Below are positions 39,455 to 48,388 of a DNA stretch of 64,000 bases, piece by piece (the first letter of the stretch is position 1; each line of letters starts with the position of its first letter). The position numbers were made by a program, and so were the translations under genes. The notes below the pieces were generated by a model that did not search any database, was not told where the DNA came from, and saw only the letters and a program-made list of their open reading frames with translations. This stretch comes from a virus (Duplodnaviria > Caudoviricetes), in IMG/VR virus record IMGVR_UViG_3300031801_001562. One strand, written 5' to 3'.

Positions 39455-40012
39455 TTACCTGTATCGTTTAGATTGAGCTTCTTTCATAATATTTTCAACA
39501 TATTGTCTATCAATTATTTTGATATGTCTATTTCTCTCATTTCTTTTAAATTCCATATCATATTTGGTTATTCTTTTTCTCTCTGGATCTGCTAGAAGAT
39601 TATATGCATCTTTATCAACTATAACTTCCATTAATTTAGTTGTATCAGTTTCTTCTTGTGTTATTTGTCTATATTCATGAACTTGTTTTTTAGCTCGTTC
39701 AGTGGTCCCGTATTTTCCTTTTATCATTTTTGTAAAATCTTGAGAACTCAAAGGCCAATCGAAATAGGGATTAAACATTTGATTAGTTAAAAATATTATC
39801 CAATCATATTTGACATCACCATATACGAGAAAAGCTGTTGTATCGGGACGCTCAGTATCTCCTATGATATGTTTATCAAAATTTATAGCTTTATCAAGCA
39901 CATTTTGTTTTATTAAATTTCGAATAAATATATCTTTGGCAGTAGTTGTCTCGGCGTATTTGCTTCCGGTTATATTATATTGAATATTTGGTAAGTATGA
40001 AAAATATGACAT
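39455..40012 (-). CDS. gp53: Baseplate wedge subunit (gp53)
   Basis: MSYFSYLPNIQY, ERPDTTAFLVYGD..YDWIIFLTN..NPYFDWPLS, E.NE..R.IK. Confidence 0.92.
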   Translation of the reverse strand: MSYFSYLPNIQYNITGSKYAETTTAKDIFIRNLIKQNVLDKAINFDKHIIGDTERPDTTAFLVYGDVKYDWIIFLTNQMFNPYFDWPLSSQDFTKMIKGKYGTTERAKKQVHEYRQITQEETDTTKLMEVIVDKDAYNLLADPERKRITKYDMEFKRNERNRHIKIIDRQYVENIMKEAQSKRYR

Positions 40013-40893
40013 TAATATCCCTGCGTAACTAGTTCTTTGGTTATAATAACGACTTCTGTAAAAGAAACAGTTAATTTTATTTCAAATGGAGCATTATCTC
40101 GAAAAAAGAATGGTACTCCCGCTGCGGCATAATTAGCTATAACACTATTACATACACTTCTTGCTATTTTAAATGGAGTTCCATCCGCTCCGCCTGCGTG
40201 ACCAAATCTAATATCCCAAGTACTTGGAAAAGTATAAAAGTTTGATCCGGCACCTTTTTTACGCTCAGATCCGCCAGTCCCAGATTGTGCTGTACCATCT
40301 CCGGCCAAGTTCGATATTGGATCCGCATAGCCGGGTAAAGTTGAGATTCTGAAAGCTTCTATAATCTTCCGAATTGTTTCCGATTCCGTATCATTTTTTG
40401 CTATCATAGGGAATTCAAATACAAATTTTCTAAATTTTCCAGGACCCTGATATAGTAAAGACATTTTAGGATTAATTGCAATATTCGAACCACCCAATGC
40501 TTTTTTTAATAAATCAGATTTTTTTATTGTTGTGGAAAGAGCATGCTCCCCGACGGCCTCTGCCATTTTGCCATAATTAACATTTTTAAAGGCAGCAATA
40601 AAATTTTCATGAGTTCCTTCGGATTGAAAATAATCTTTAATCCCAGAAGAAACTTTTCCGGCTGCTTCTGTAAGAACTGTTCCTAATCCTTCTTGTTCCG
40701 CATATACTGCTTCTGCTGTTGAAATTAATGCTTGCGCACCCATAGGAAGGGCTATACTATATTCAGCACCACTAGGGGCACTTTGCGCAAAAAGTTGAGG
40801 ATAAGAAGTAAACAAGACCCAATGACTCTCATCTCCTTTGTTGGATTTCACTGCTAGATTGTCTGGATAGGTAAGATCCGGTTTGGATGCCAT
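40012..40893 (-). CDS. gp48: Baseplate tail-tube cap (gp48-like)
   Basis: AINPKMSLLYQGP..RKFVFEFPMIAKNDTES..I..II..FR, LTVSFTE..IITK. Confidence 0.8.
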   Translation of the reverse strand: MASKPDLTYPDNLAVKSNKGDESHWVLFTSYPQLFAQSAPSGAEYSIALPMGAQALISTAEAVYAEQEGLGTVLTEAAGKVSSGIKDYFQSEGTHENFIAAFKNVNYGKMAEAVGEHALSTTIKKSDLLKKALGGSNIAINPKMSLLYQGPGKFRKFVFEFPMIAKNDTESETIRKIIEAFRISTLPGYADPISNLAGDGTAQSGTGGSERKKGAGSNFYTFPSTWDIRFGHAGGADGTPFKIARSVCNSVIANYAAAGVPFFFRDNAPFEIKLTVSFTEVVIITKELVTQGY

Positions 40894-40903
40894 TGTTTCT
40901 CCG

Positions 40904-40947
40904 TATAAATAGTTTACACATGTTCAATTATTTATCGATTATTTATT
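40904..40947. promoter_or_regulatory. Divergent late promoters: TATAAATA (+, 40904-40911) and two ATAAATA boxes (-, 40929-40935 and 40940-40946)
   Basis: Boxes read directly in the gp48/gp4 intergenic region, each pointing at one of the divergent virion operons. Confidence 0.75.
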
Positions 40948-41391
40948 ATGGCGTACAAAGGAAAATTTAAACCAAAACATCGCGATAAATATAAAGGGAA
41001 CCCCACTAATATAATTTATAGAAGTTTGTGGGAGAGGCGCTTCATGGTTTATTGTGATTTTAATGATAATGTTGTAAAATGGTCTAGTGAGGAAATAGTT
41101 ATACCATATAGATCACCTTTTGATAAGAGGATTCACAAATATTATCCTGATTTTTGGGTTAAAATAAAAAAACATGATGGTACCTTTGAAACATCAGTTA
41201 TTGAAGTTAAACCCAAATCACAAACTATTCCACCTAAGCCTCGTTTGAATAAAAGGAAGAGTGGTAGGTATTTATTAGAAATGAAAAGATATGGCGTAAA
41301 TGAAGCTAAATGGAAAGCTGCTACCACATTTTGTGAGTATAAAAATTGGAAATTTAAAATTATAACAGAAGATCAATTGCTCTCTAAATAA
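40948..41391 (+). CDS. gp4: Head completion nuclease (gp4)
   Basis: MAYKGKFKP...KYKGNPTNIIYRSLWERRFM.YCD, WSSEE..IPY, YYPDF, EVKP, NEAKWKAA. Confidence 0.93.
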   Translation: MAYKGKFKPKHRDKYKGNPTNIIYRSLWERRFMVYCDFNDNVVKWSSEEIVIPYRSPFDKRIHKYYPDFWVKIKKHDGTFETSVIEVKPKSQTIPPKPRLNKRKSGRYLLEMKRYGVNEAKWKAATTFCEYKNWKFKIITEDQLLSK

Positions 41392-41394
41392 TAC

Positions 41395-42012
41395 ATGGCA
41401 CTACGAAAACTTTCACATATAGAAGATGATGCAGTTGAATGGCTTAGGGAAAAGTATGAAAAGCTCCGGCACTCATTAATAGTTGCAAGAGTTGGATCAA
41501 TTAAAAATCCCTATAATATTATAAGTGAAGGTAATAGAGAAAAAGAGTTGAAATTAGGGAGAATGTATTTTTTTCATTATCAGCCCAAAACGAGAATGAA
41601 ATTACCTTATTATGATACATTTCCGCTAGTTATTCCAATAAAACCTTATCCCAAAGGTATGCTGGGAATGAATTTTCATTATCTCCCTTATAGATTAAGA
41701 GAAAAATTAATGAAAAAATTGATTGGGTTTTTAAATGAAGAAGATTTGCAAGCTTATTTACATGTTACATATAATGATATTAAAGGATTTACTCGATATA
41801 AAGAAGCTAAGCCTACCCTTCATAAATATGATTTAACAGGCTCATATGTTCGTTCACAATTTATTCATATAGAACCCGGTGAATGGACCACCGCATTACA
41901 TTTGCCCGTAGAGGAATTTAGATCTCGCGGAGGCGGTATGGGGGTTACAAAAGCTAAAGTTTGGGGTGATAGTAAAGATATAATCGATCATCACGCTAGA
42001 AAATTTATATAA
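41395..42012 (+). CDS. gp2: DNA end protector (gp2)
   Basis: GRMYFFHYQPKT..KLPYYDTFPLVIP, GMNFHYLPY, EW..A..LPVE.F. Confidence 0.92.
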   Translation: MALRKLSHIEDDAVEWLREKYEKLRHSLIVARVGSIKNPYNIISEGNREKELKLGRMYFFHYQPKTRMKLPYYDTFPLVIPIKPYPKGMLGMNFHYLPYRLREKLMKKLIGFLNEEDLQAYLHVTYNDIKGFTRYKEAKPTLHKYDLTGSYVRSQFIHIEPGEWTTALHLPVEEFRSRGGGMGVTKAKVWGDSKDIIDHHARKFI

Positions 42013-42028
42013 AATATTACGGAGATTT

Positions 42029-42592
42029 ATGAATACAGATATCTTTTTATCGAAAATTGACGGTGAAAAAGGTTTAGCTCCTTTAAATAGATTTGTAGCA
42101 AGGTTTAAGATGCCGAGCATGGTCGCGGTCGGTGAAACTGAAATATTATCTTATCTGTGTGATTCCGCCCCGATGCCAGGAAGAACAATAGCGACTTCAG
42201 AATTAAGACATTATGGTCCGACTCGAAAACTAGCAAGAGAAGCAACTTATCCGGAACTCCAATTAGGATTTATATTAACAAACGCTATGTCGGCAAGAAA
42301 AACGTTTTTAAATTGGATGGATTATATAATTGATCCAGAATCAGCAAATATTCAATATCAGGATGAATATAAAGGGCAAGTTGATATATTAATGTTTGAT
42401 CAATACTCGGAATCTGCTACGCAAGATGCAATTGCTGTTGCTCAATATTTAGAGGCCTTCCCAACCAATGTTGATCCTATTAGTTTGGGTTGGGATCAAA
42501 TGAATCAAGTAGGAAAATTTAGTGTGAATTTTCAATATAAAAGATGGATAGACGGAAGACAGAAAGCGACGGATGATAGTCCATCTCACTGA
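42029..42592 (+). CDS. Tail tube initiator (gp54/gp19 family)
   Basis: NRF...F, LCDSAPMPGR, F.NWMDYI, YQDEY, AFPTNV..I.LGW, F.V.FQY. Confidence 0.75.
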   Translation: MNTDIFLSKIDGEKGLAPLNRFVARFKMPSMVAVGETEILSYLCDSAPMPGRTIATSELRHYGPTRKLAREATYPELQLGFILTNAMSARKTFLNWMDYIIDPESANIQYQDEYKGQVDILMFDQYSESATQDAIAVAQYLEAFPTNVDPISLGWDQMNQVGKFSVNFQYKRWIDGRQKATDDSPSH

Positions 42593-42619
42593 TTAATTAA
42601 TTTTTAATATGGAGATATT

Positions 42620-43330
42620 ATGGCTTTACCAAGTGTGGGTAATCCTACCTATGAACTTAAATTACATAGTGTAGATCACAAAATAAAATATAGACCTTTT
42701 CTAGTTAAAGAAGAAAAGATTTTACTAACGGCTCTTGAAGGCGGTGAAACAGCGGACATCGTGAGAGCCACAAAAGAAATTATCAGTAATTGTTGTCTTG
42801 ATGATAGTATTGATATTCAAAAACTTCCTGCTTTTGATATTGAATTATTTTTTCTAAATTTAAGAGCTCGTTCAGTTGGAGAAACTGTTGAAATCAGCAT
42901 GAGTTGTCAAACCAAAGATTGTGACGAATCTACTCCAATTAAAGTTAATCTTGAGAAAATTGGTTTGGAGATCAGCAAAGATCATACGGATGTAATAAGA
43001 CTTACTAATAAAATAAAAGTTAAATTAAAATATCCTGATATTGATAGAATGACAAGACCGCCTGAAGAATCACAAATGGATTCTATTTTTGAAATCACCA
43101 AAGCATGTATAGAATCTATTTGGGACGGTGACGAAATACATGATATAAGAGATTATACAGAACAAGAATTAGAAGATTTTATAATGTCTTTAAATCAACA
43201 ACAATTCGGGAAACTAATTGGTTATTTTAATACCATGCCCAAGTTAAAACATAAGGTAGAATTTACTTGTCCAAAATGTGGCAGTAAACAAGAGTCAGTC
43301 CTGGAGGGGCTGCAAAGTTTTTTCGGTTAG
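42620..43330 (+). CDS. gp26: Baseplate hub assembly protein (gp26)
   Basis: MALPSV..PTYEL, IKYRPFLVKEEKILL, FDIELFFLNLRARSVGE, KLKYP, C-terminal CPKC..LEGLQSFF. Confidence 0.93.
   Translation: MALPSVGNPTYELKLHSVDHKIKYRPFLVKEEKILLTALEGGETADIVRATKEIISNCCLDDSIDIQKLPAFDIELFFLNLRARSVGETVEISMSCQTKDCDESTPIKVNLEKIGLEISKDHTDVIRLTNKIKVKLKYPDIDRMTRPPEESQMDSIFEITKACIESIWDGDEIHDIRDYTEQELEDFIMSLNQQQFGKLIGYFNTMPKLKHKVEFTCPKCGSKQESVLEGLQSFFG
43303..43324 (+). other. Candidate programmed -1 ribosomal frameshift site: internal SD GGAGG (43303-43307) plus slippery T-TTT-TTC (43318-43324)
   Basis: X-XXY-YYZ heptamer in the gp26 frame; SD ends 10 nt before it; the -1 frame is the gp51 ORF, which has no start codon. 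Confidence 0.75.
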
Positions 43331-43524
43331 CGCTCGGCCATAATAATTTACATAATTATTATAAAACTCTATTCGCGGTTGTACAAGGTCATAAGTGGAG
43401 TTTAACCGAGCTAGAAAATTTAATTTGTTATGAAAGAGAAATATATCTCACATTATTAATAGAACATATTGAAGAAGAAAATGAAAGAATGGAAAAGGAA
43501 GCCAATAAAATGAGAAATAGTTAA
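43318..43524 (+). CDS. gp51: Baseplate hub assembly catalyst gp51-like reading frame, probably expressed as a gp26-gp51 frameshift fusion; not in ORF track
   Basis: Translates LGHNNLHNYYKTLFAVVQGHKWSLTELENLICYEREIYLTLLIEHIEEENER..., matching the gp51 pattern; no ATG/GTG/TTG between the upstream in-frame TAA (43285) and the conserved region. Confidence 0.85.
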   Translation, partial: FFRLALGHNNLHNYYKTLFAVVQGHKWSLTELENLICYEREIYLTLLIEHIEEENERMEKEANKMRNS

Positions 43525-43535
43525 AAGGAAATTAA

Positions 43536-45836
43536 ATGGCTGAAGAAAAAGTAACTGTAAAAGGAACCACTAAAACCGATCCGGCAGAAATGTCTGCCCG
43601 ACAAAAATGGCAAGCTAACATGTCTGCTCAGCTGGGCGAACAGACTGCGGGCCAAACGCAGTTTGCAGATACTATGAAAAACATGATGGGGGGTTTTAAG
43701 ACCGATGAAGCGCTAGCGCAGCAGACTAAAATGTCCGGTTTGCTTACGAGTGTTAAAACTGCATCGTTTAAGACAGCAAATTTATTAGAAGGTTATATTG
43801 ACTTCATGAAAGATGCTGAACGCAAACGATTAGAAGCCGCAATGGAAGCCGCGCGTCTAAAAGATAAAGATAAAGACAAAGGTGGTCCAGCAATTGAAAA
43901 AGCCAAAGAATCGGAATTTGGTTTAGGTGGACTTGCTGCTGGATTAGCAGCCGCCTTAGGTGCAGGAATACTTGCATTTAAAGAAAAATGGGGAAACATG
44001 TTCTCTCTTTTTGGAAATGACCTTGATGAATTTGGTAAGCCAAAAGCGAGTTTCTTTTCGAAGATAAAAAAATTCCTTGGTTTTGGTGATGATGCTGCAG
44101 ATATTAAAAATCTTGGTAAGGCGAAAGTAGGCTTTTTTGCTAAACTAGGATCATGGCTTGGCTTTAAAACATCACTTCCAAAAGATCTCGCAAAGAGCAA
44201 AACTAGCTTTGTTGATGATATAGCAAAATTTTTTAGATTTGATAAAGATGTCCCCGGAAACCTGCTGAAGAACCAAAAGAAATTCATGGCCTCTCACGCG
44301 GCTATGTTAAATTGGGCAAAAGGCACTGAAAAAATGTCTGATGTGGGCAAATCAAAGTTCTTTAAAACTCAAGCAAATATGTTAAAGTGGCTAGATAAAG
44401 CTGAAGGTTTAAGCGACGCGAAAAAAGCTAGCTTTTTGAAAAAACAATCTAAAATGTTAGAGTGGGTAGCAAAAAATACTAAGGGTATAGATGCGAGCAA
44501 ATTAAAGTTTATAAAAGGCCAATCTAAAATGTTAGAATGGGCTGCCGAAAATATGGACGCATCCAAAAGTCAAAAACTAAAATTCCTCAAAAAGCATGCC
44601 AATATATTAGATATTGGTGATGACATTATGGATAAGTCAAAAATTGCTAAAGGTTCATTTTTTGAAAAACAATTGAAAATGTTGGGTTTATCGCCGGATG
44701 ATGTTGATGGCGTCCGATTGAAAAAAGAAGGTATGTTTTCTAAATTGAAAACTAAAATTTTTCATGTAGGCGATGATATTGTAAAAGGTGTTTCCAACTT
44801 GAAAAATAGTTTCTCTACAAAAATGACCAAATTTTTAACCTTCCCGGCAATAGATGAAGGTAGTAAATTAGGAAAATTTAAAGCTGGATTCTTTACTTCG
44901 ATGGATAATATGTTAGGAACTTTGCTAAAAATTACAAAAGGATTTTTTAAATTAGTAAACGTACTTAGCTTTAATTCTATGGGATTTTTAAACGCGGAAG
45001 CTCTCAAGCACCCAATAGAAACTTTTAAAAAGTTTAAAAATTCGATTGGTGCTGCATTTGGCAAGGAAGGCGCTTTCGGTAAAATTGCTAATACATTTAA
45101 AGCTATAATGGCTCCTTTCGAGACTTGGATGAAACCTATAAAAGGTATTTTAAAAGCAGTGAAGGTAATCGGAAAACTCATAGGTAGGATTTTTATTCCT
45201 ATTGGTTTCTTATTCGCCGCATTTGATGTTATATCAAATGTTATGAAGGGTTATGAAGAAGGAGGTATTACAGGCGCAATAGGAGCCGGTATAGAGTCTA
45301 TATTCGATGATGTATTATTCATTATCCCAAATCTTTTAGGTGAGGCAGTTGCATGGTTATTAAAGAAATTTGGTTTTAAGAATGCTGTAAAATTTATTGA
45401 TGAAAATTTAAGAGATTCAGATGGGAATTTTTCTTTATTTACTGGAATAAAAAATTTATTTAGTTCATTAATGGATGCTGTCAATGAGATATGGACCAAA
45501 GTAATGAAATTTATGAGTATTGATAATATTTTGACAATGATTGGAGCAAAACTTTACAAAAGTAATATGCCAGGTTCTGATGCCATGGCAAATGCGTTAT
45601 TAAGTGAAAAATTTGAGAAGAGAGCTAAACTACGTGCGAAAAGCGAAGAAGATTATCAAAAACTAGTTGAAAGTGAAACTAGACAATCGGATCTGGCAGA
45701 TGCAAGGCGAAAACCATCAAGCGGTAATATACAGGCCAACGATAACAGCGCAACCAGTGTAACAAACAATATCACAAGCTATCAAGCACCATCAACAGAA
45801 GTTAAAAAAGATTCATACTCCAAGAAGAAATCCTAG
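43536..45836 (+). CDS. Tape-measure-like / gp29-position baseplate hub protein
   Basis: 766 aa helical, Lys/Ala/Gly-rich; about 22-aa repeats with regularly spaced W/F (MLNW, MLKW, MLEW, MLEW); follows gp26-gp51. Confidence 0.65.
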   Translation: MAEEKVTVKGTTKTDPAEMSARQKWQANMSAQLGEQTAGQTQFADTMKNMMGGFKTDEALAQQTKMSGLLTSVKTASFKTANLLEGYIDFMKDAERKRLEAAMEAARLKDKDKDKGGPAIEKAKESEFGLGGLAAGLAAALGAGILAFKEKWGNMFSLFGNDLDEFGKPKASFFSKIKKFLGFGDDAADIKNLGKAKVGFFAKLGSWLGFKTSLPKDLAKSKTSFVDDIAKFFRFDKDVPGNLLKNQKKFMASHAAMLNWAKGTEKMSDVGKSKFFKTQANMLKWLDKAEGLSDAKKASFLKKQSKMLEWVAKNTKGIDASKLKFIKGQSKMLEWAAENMDASKSQKLKFLKKHANILDIGDDIMDKSKIAKGSFFEKQLKMLGLSPDDVDGVRLKKEGMFSKLKTKIFHVGDDIVKGVSNLKNSFSTKMTKFLTFPAIDEGSKLGKFKAGFFTSMDNMLGTLLKITKGFFKLVNVLSFNSMGFLNAEALKHPIETFKKFKNSIGAAFGKEGAFGKIANTFKAIMAPFETWMKPIKGILKAVKVIGKLIGRIFIPIGFLFAAFDVISNVMKGYEEGGITGAIGAGIESIFDDVLFIIPNLLGEAVAWLLKKFGFKNAVKFIDENLRDSDGNFSLFTGIKNLFSSLMDAVNEIWTKVMKFMSIDNILTMIGAKLYKSNMPGSDAMANALLSEKFEKRAKLRAKSEEDYQKLVESETRQSDLADARRKPSSGNIQANDNSATSVTNNITSYQAPSTEVKKDSYSKKKS

Positions 45837-45853
45837 TACCAGACTAGGATTTC
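45827..45853. terminator. Perfect 11-bp inverted repeat between convergent genes (candidate bidirectional terminator)
   Basis: GAAATCCTAGT-ACCAG-ACTAGGATTTC at the junction of the + late operon and the - gp32 operon. Confidence 0.7.
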
Positions 45854-45876
45854 CTATGGTAGAAATTAAAGAATAA

Positions 45877-46815
45877 TTATTCTTCGTCAGCTAATTTTGC
45901 GAAATAAGAAAGACTATTGGAATCTTCCCCTTCTTTAGATGAACTCTCGTCCAAGCTAGCACGTGCCATCGGTGCGGCCGCTGGTCTACTAACTGCTTCA
46001 GTTGGAGTATAACTAGTTCCTCCATCAAAAGGCATTGTATCAACTGGACCAATTGCAGTTTCTCTTTGCATGCTAGGATCTACTCCACCACCAAGAACCT
46101 TATTAAGTCTTGCTTTAAGATCCTCATAAGATTTAAAATTATCTGGCTTGAGGAAGTCTTGAAGAGAATATTGCTGTTTCCATGTAGTTTCTAGTTTTTC
46201 ATCATCTTTAAATAATGGTGAAGGCGAAGCAAATTCAGCTTTATCGTAATTAGTAAAACCTTCTACTTTACGAATTTTTAATTTAAAATTTGCGCCTTCC
46301 CAAAAATCAAAAGGATTAACAGAAGTCTCATCTTCGAATTGAGGATTCATTTGATCATTGATCTTATCAAATATTTTCTTTCCGAACTTAAACAAAAATG
46401 TTTTACCCTCATTCTCGGGACGCTTTGAATCTTCTATAACCATAATATTTGTATAATAAGTTAAGCGCCTTTTTTGTTTGCGAACAATATCTCTATTAGC
46501 TTCGAGACCGGTATCCCAAAGTTTAGAATTATATTCAGAAACTGGATCTTTATTACCATTAGTAGTAAGACTATTTTCAATATACCAGCCACCTGGTCCT
46601 TGAAAACCGTGATTGAATACACGTACCCATGGAATATCTTCTCCTTCAATTGAGGGAAGAAATCTAATAACAGCATAACCGTTACCAGCTTTATCTAGAT
46701 CTGCTTTCCAGAATCTATCATCTACTCCAATTTGGGGACTGTTAATTTTATTAAGCTCTTCGGAGAGGCGGCTTAATGAGGAACCTCTTTTCTTTTTCAT
46801 ATCTGCAAACGACAT
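45877..46815 (-). CDS. gp32: Single-stranded DNA-binding protein (gp32)
   Basis: DDRFWK..LDKAGNGYAVIRFLP, HGFQGPGGWYIENSLTT, FKFGKKIFDKI, NPFDFWEGANFKLKIRKVEG..NYDK, acidic tail YFAKLADEE. Confidence 0.97.
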   Translation of the reverse strand: MSFADMKKKRGSSLSRLSEELNKINSPQIGVDDRFWKADLDKAGNGYAVIRFLPSIEGEDIPWVRVFNHGFQGPGGWYIENSLTTNGNKDPVSEYNSKLWDTGLEANRDIVRKQKRRLTYYTNIMVIEDSKRPENEGKTFLFKFGKKIFDKINDQMNPQFEDETSVNPFDFWEGANFKLKIRKVEGFTNYDKAEFASPSPLFKDDEKLETTWKQQYSLQDFLKPDNFKSYEDLKARLNKVLGGGVDPSMQRETAIGPVDTMPFDGGTSYTPTEAVSRPAAAPMARASLDESSSKEGEDSNSLSYFAKLADEE

Positions 46816-46881
46816 ATTTTTCCTTGTATCTGCTTTGTTTCGATTTTTTCGTTATATCCACGCTGTCATAATATAACTATT

Positions 46882-46910
46882 ATTATAACCTAAATCTTAC
46901 TGAATTTCAA
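46882..46910 (-). promoter_or_regulatory. Sigma70-type promoter for gp32 (TTGAAA-N17-TATAAT)
   Basis: -35 at 46905-46910, -10 at 46882-46887, 17-nt spacer. Confidence 0.7.
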
Positions 46911-47493
46911 GTACTTTTTTCAAAGTATCTTTACTGTTATTAAGATTATGGTTAAAGAAAGGTTTATATTTCATACACATTTTGAAGTAGTCCGGCCACA
47001 CTATTGTATCCTGCAACTCTTCATTAAATCTTGGTATGAAATTCAAGATATCATCCAATATAATAAATGTTTCAATATTTATTTTTTTCGCTAAAACATA
47101 ACGAAATATTGGAGGATGTTGACCGTCAACTATTTCAAATAAACTGTCGAAATTCTTAGGGTCATCATCCATGATACTTGTACAATCGGAACGGAAGTTG
47201 TATTGTAAACTTTCAATACGTTTTTTCCATTCTCGATAAGTTGATACACACCTTTCACCAAATGCATCACCTATCCACATATTTATATTACTTGAAAAAT
47301 TAGATACTAAAAAATCTACTAATTCTTCACTATTATATTCTCGAGATAATTTTTTAAAAAAAAATTTCTCTCTTCTTTTATTAAAAGATGATACAGTTAC
47401 ATTACACTTTCCATTGTATTTAAAATAATCATAATCTGATGTAAAATGTAATTTTAAAGCCGTGTAAGTACTATAACATTCAAATTCATTCAT
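46897..47493 (-). CDS. gp59: Helicase loader (gp59)
   Basis: Y..Y.ALKLHFTSDYDYFKYNGK, FFFKKLSR, GQHPPI, INIETFIILD. Confidence 0.93.
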   Translation of the reverse strand: MNEFECYSTYTALKLHFTSDYDYFKYNGKCNVTVSSFNKRREKFFFKKLSREYNSEELVDFLVSNFSSNINMWIGDAFGERCVSTYREWKKRIESLQYNFRSDCTSIMDDDPKNFDSLFEIVDGQHPPIFRYVLAKKINIETFIILDDILNFIPRFNEELQDTIVWPDYFKMCMKYKPFFNHNLNNSKDTLKKVLEIQ

Positions 47494-47675
47494 AATATAA
47501 TTGCAATATAAAGTAAGATTACATTGGTTATAGCTAATTCAACCGCAAGGACTGTATGATACCATACCCATTTTATTTCATATTCCTTATCTCTCTCTAT
47601 ATCGACTTTAGTTTTGCCATCTTGTAATTTAGGTAACCAAATTTTTTCCCAACTTTTTTTAATGCTTTGGAACAT
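47490..47675 (-). CDS. Small protein with C-terminal TM segment
   Basis: 61 aa; WYHTVLAVELAITNVILLYIAIIL; ATGA overlap with gp59. Confidence 0.6.
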   Translation of the reverse strand: MFQSIKKSWEKIWLPKLQDGKTKVDIERDKEYEIKWVWYHTVLAVELAITNVILLYIAIIL

Positions 47676-47685
47676 TTGTTGTCTC

Positions 47686-47934
47686 TCATATTGGTAATTT
47701 AGAAGTTGTTTGAATAAAATTTAAATCTTCTGCTTCCTTTCTCAGCAATCTTTTAAGATCTGTTGAAATTAAAGAAGCAGCTGTTTCATACTCTAATTTA
47801 TTTTGTTCACAATAATGTAATATAGCATCCATTATAGGCATTTTATCTGCTAGATTTTTGACATCTATATTAAATGTTTCAGGTGATAACATCTTAATCA
47901 AATTTTTCTTATCAATATCAATCTTTTTCGCCAT
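47686..47934 (-). CDS. gp33: Late transcription co-activator (gp33)
   Basis: MDAILHYCEQNKLEYETAASLIS..LK..L..EA..LNF..TTSKLPI. Confidence 0.9.
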   Translation of the reverse strand: MAKKIDIDKKNLIKMLSPETFNIDVKNLADKMPIMDAILHYCEQNKLEYETAASLISTDLKRLLRKEAEDLNFIQTTSKLPI

Positions 47935-48388
47935 AATCCCCATCATATTTGTGAAGTGTTTCTGCCTTAGCTATAACTAAATGAGCAAACCGAGTATTAG
48001 GTTTCACTGTAGTTTCACCACCAATATTATACAAAGTCGCTCCTGCATAATCTTTAAATCCTGAATCATATATTGAACTAATAATTAAAACTCCGTTCCT
48101 ATTAAAAGTACTCCTACCGAGAAGAATTGCAATTTCACCTTCTGCTATATCTACATGTTGATTAGACTGAATTTCATAACATGCACCATGATCTAAAACA
48201 TAATTACCATCTTCATCAACCTTTTGTTCTATTGATTTTCTAGGTTCTTTTTTATCTTCATCCATATGCATCGGCCCGGCACCAATCCGATAAACCTTAT
48301 CGATTCGTAAATCAATAGTATTAGGTTGAATCATTTTTTTATCAATATTAGTTACTTCAGTAGAAGCATTCACAGGATGTATAAACAT
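47918..48388 (-). CDS. Trimeric dUTPase / dCTP deaminase family protein
   Basis: IQPNTIDLRI, GRSTFNRNG, IYDSGF, TRFAHL motifs. Confidence 0.8.
   Translation of the reverse strand: MFIHPVNASTEVTNIDKKMIQPNTIDLRIDKVYRIGAGPMHMDEDKKEPRKSIEQKVDEDGNYVLDHGACYEIQSNQHVDIAEGEIAILLGRSTFNRNGVLIISSIYDSGFKDYAGATLYNIGGETTVKPNTRFAHLVIAKAETLHKYDGDYGEKD

Noticed and set aside
40948-41391. TnsA transposase or homing endonuclease
   Set aside because: PD-(D/E)xK-like motifs, size and position next to gp2 fit the standard head-completion gp4; no element ends
43328-43410. TAG readthrough or amber recoding as the way to express gp51
   Set aside because: In-frame readthrough gives RSAIIIYIIIIKLYSRLYKVISGV-stop, not gp51; long genes elsewhere translate cleanly in the standard code
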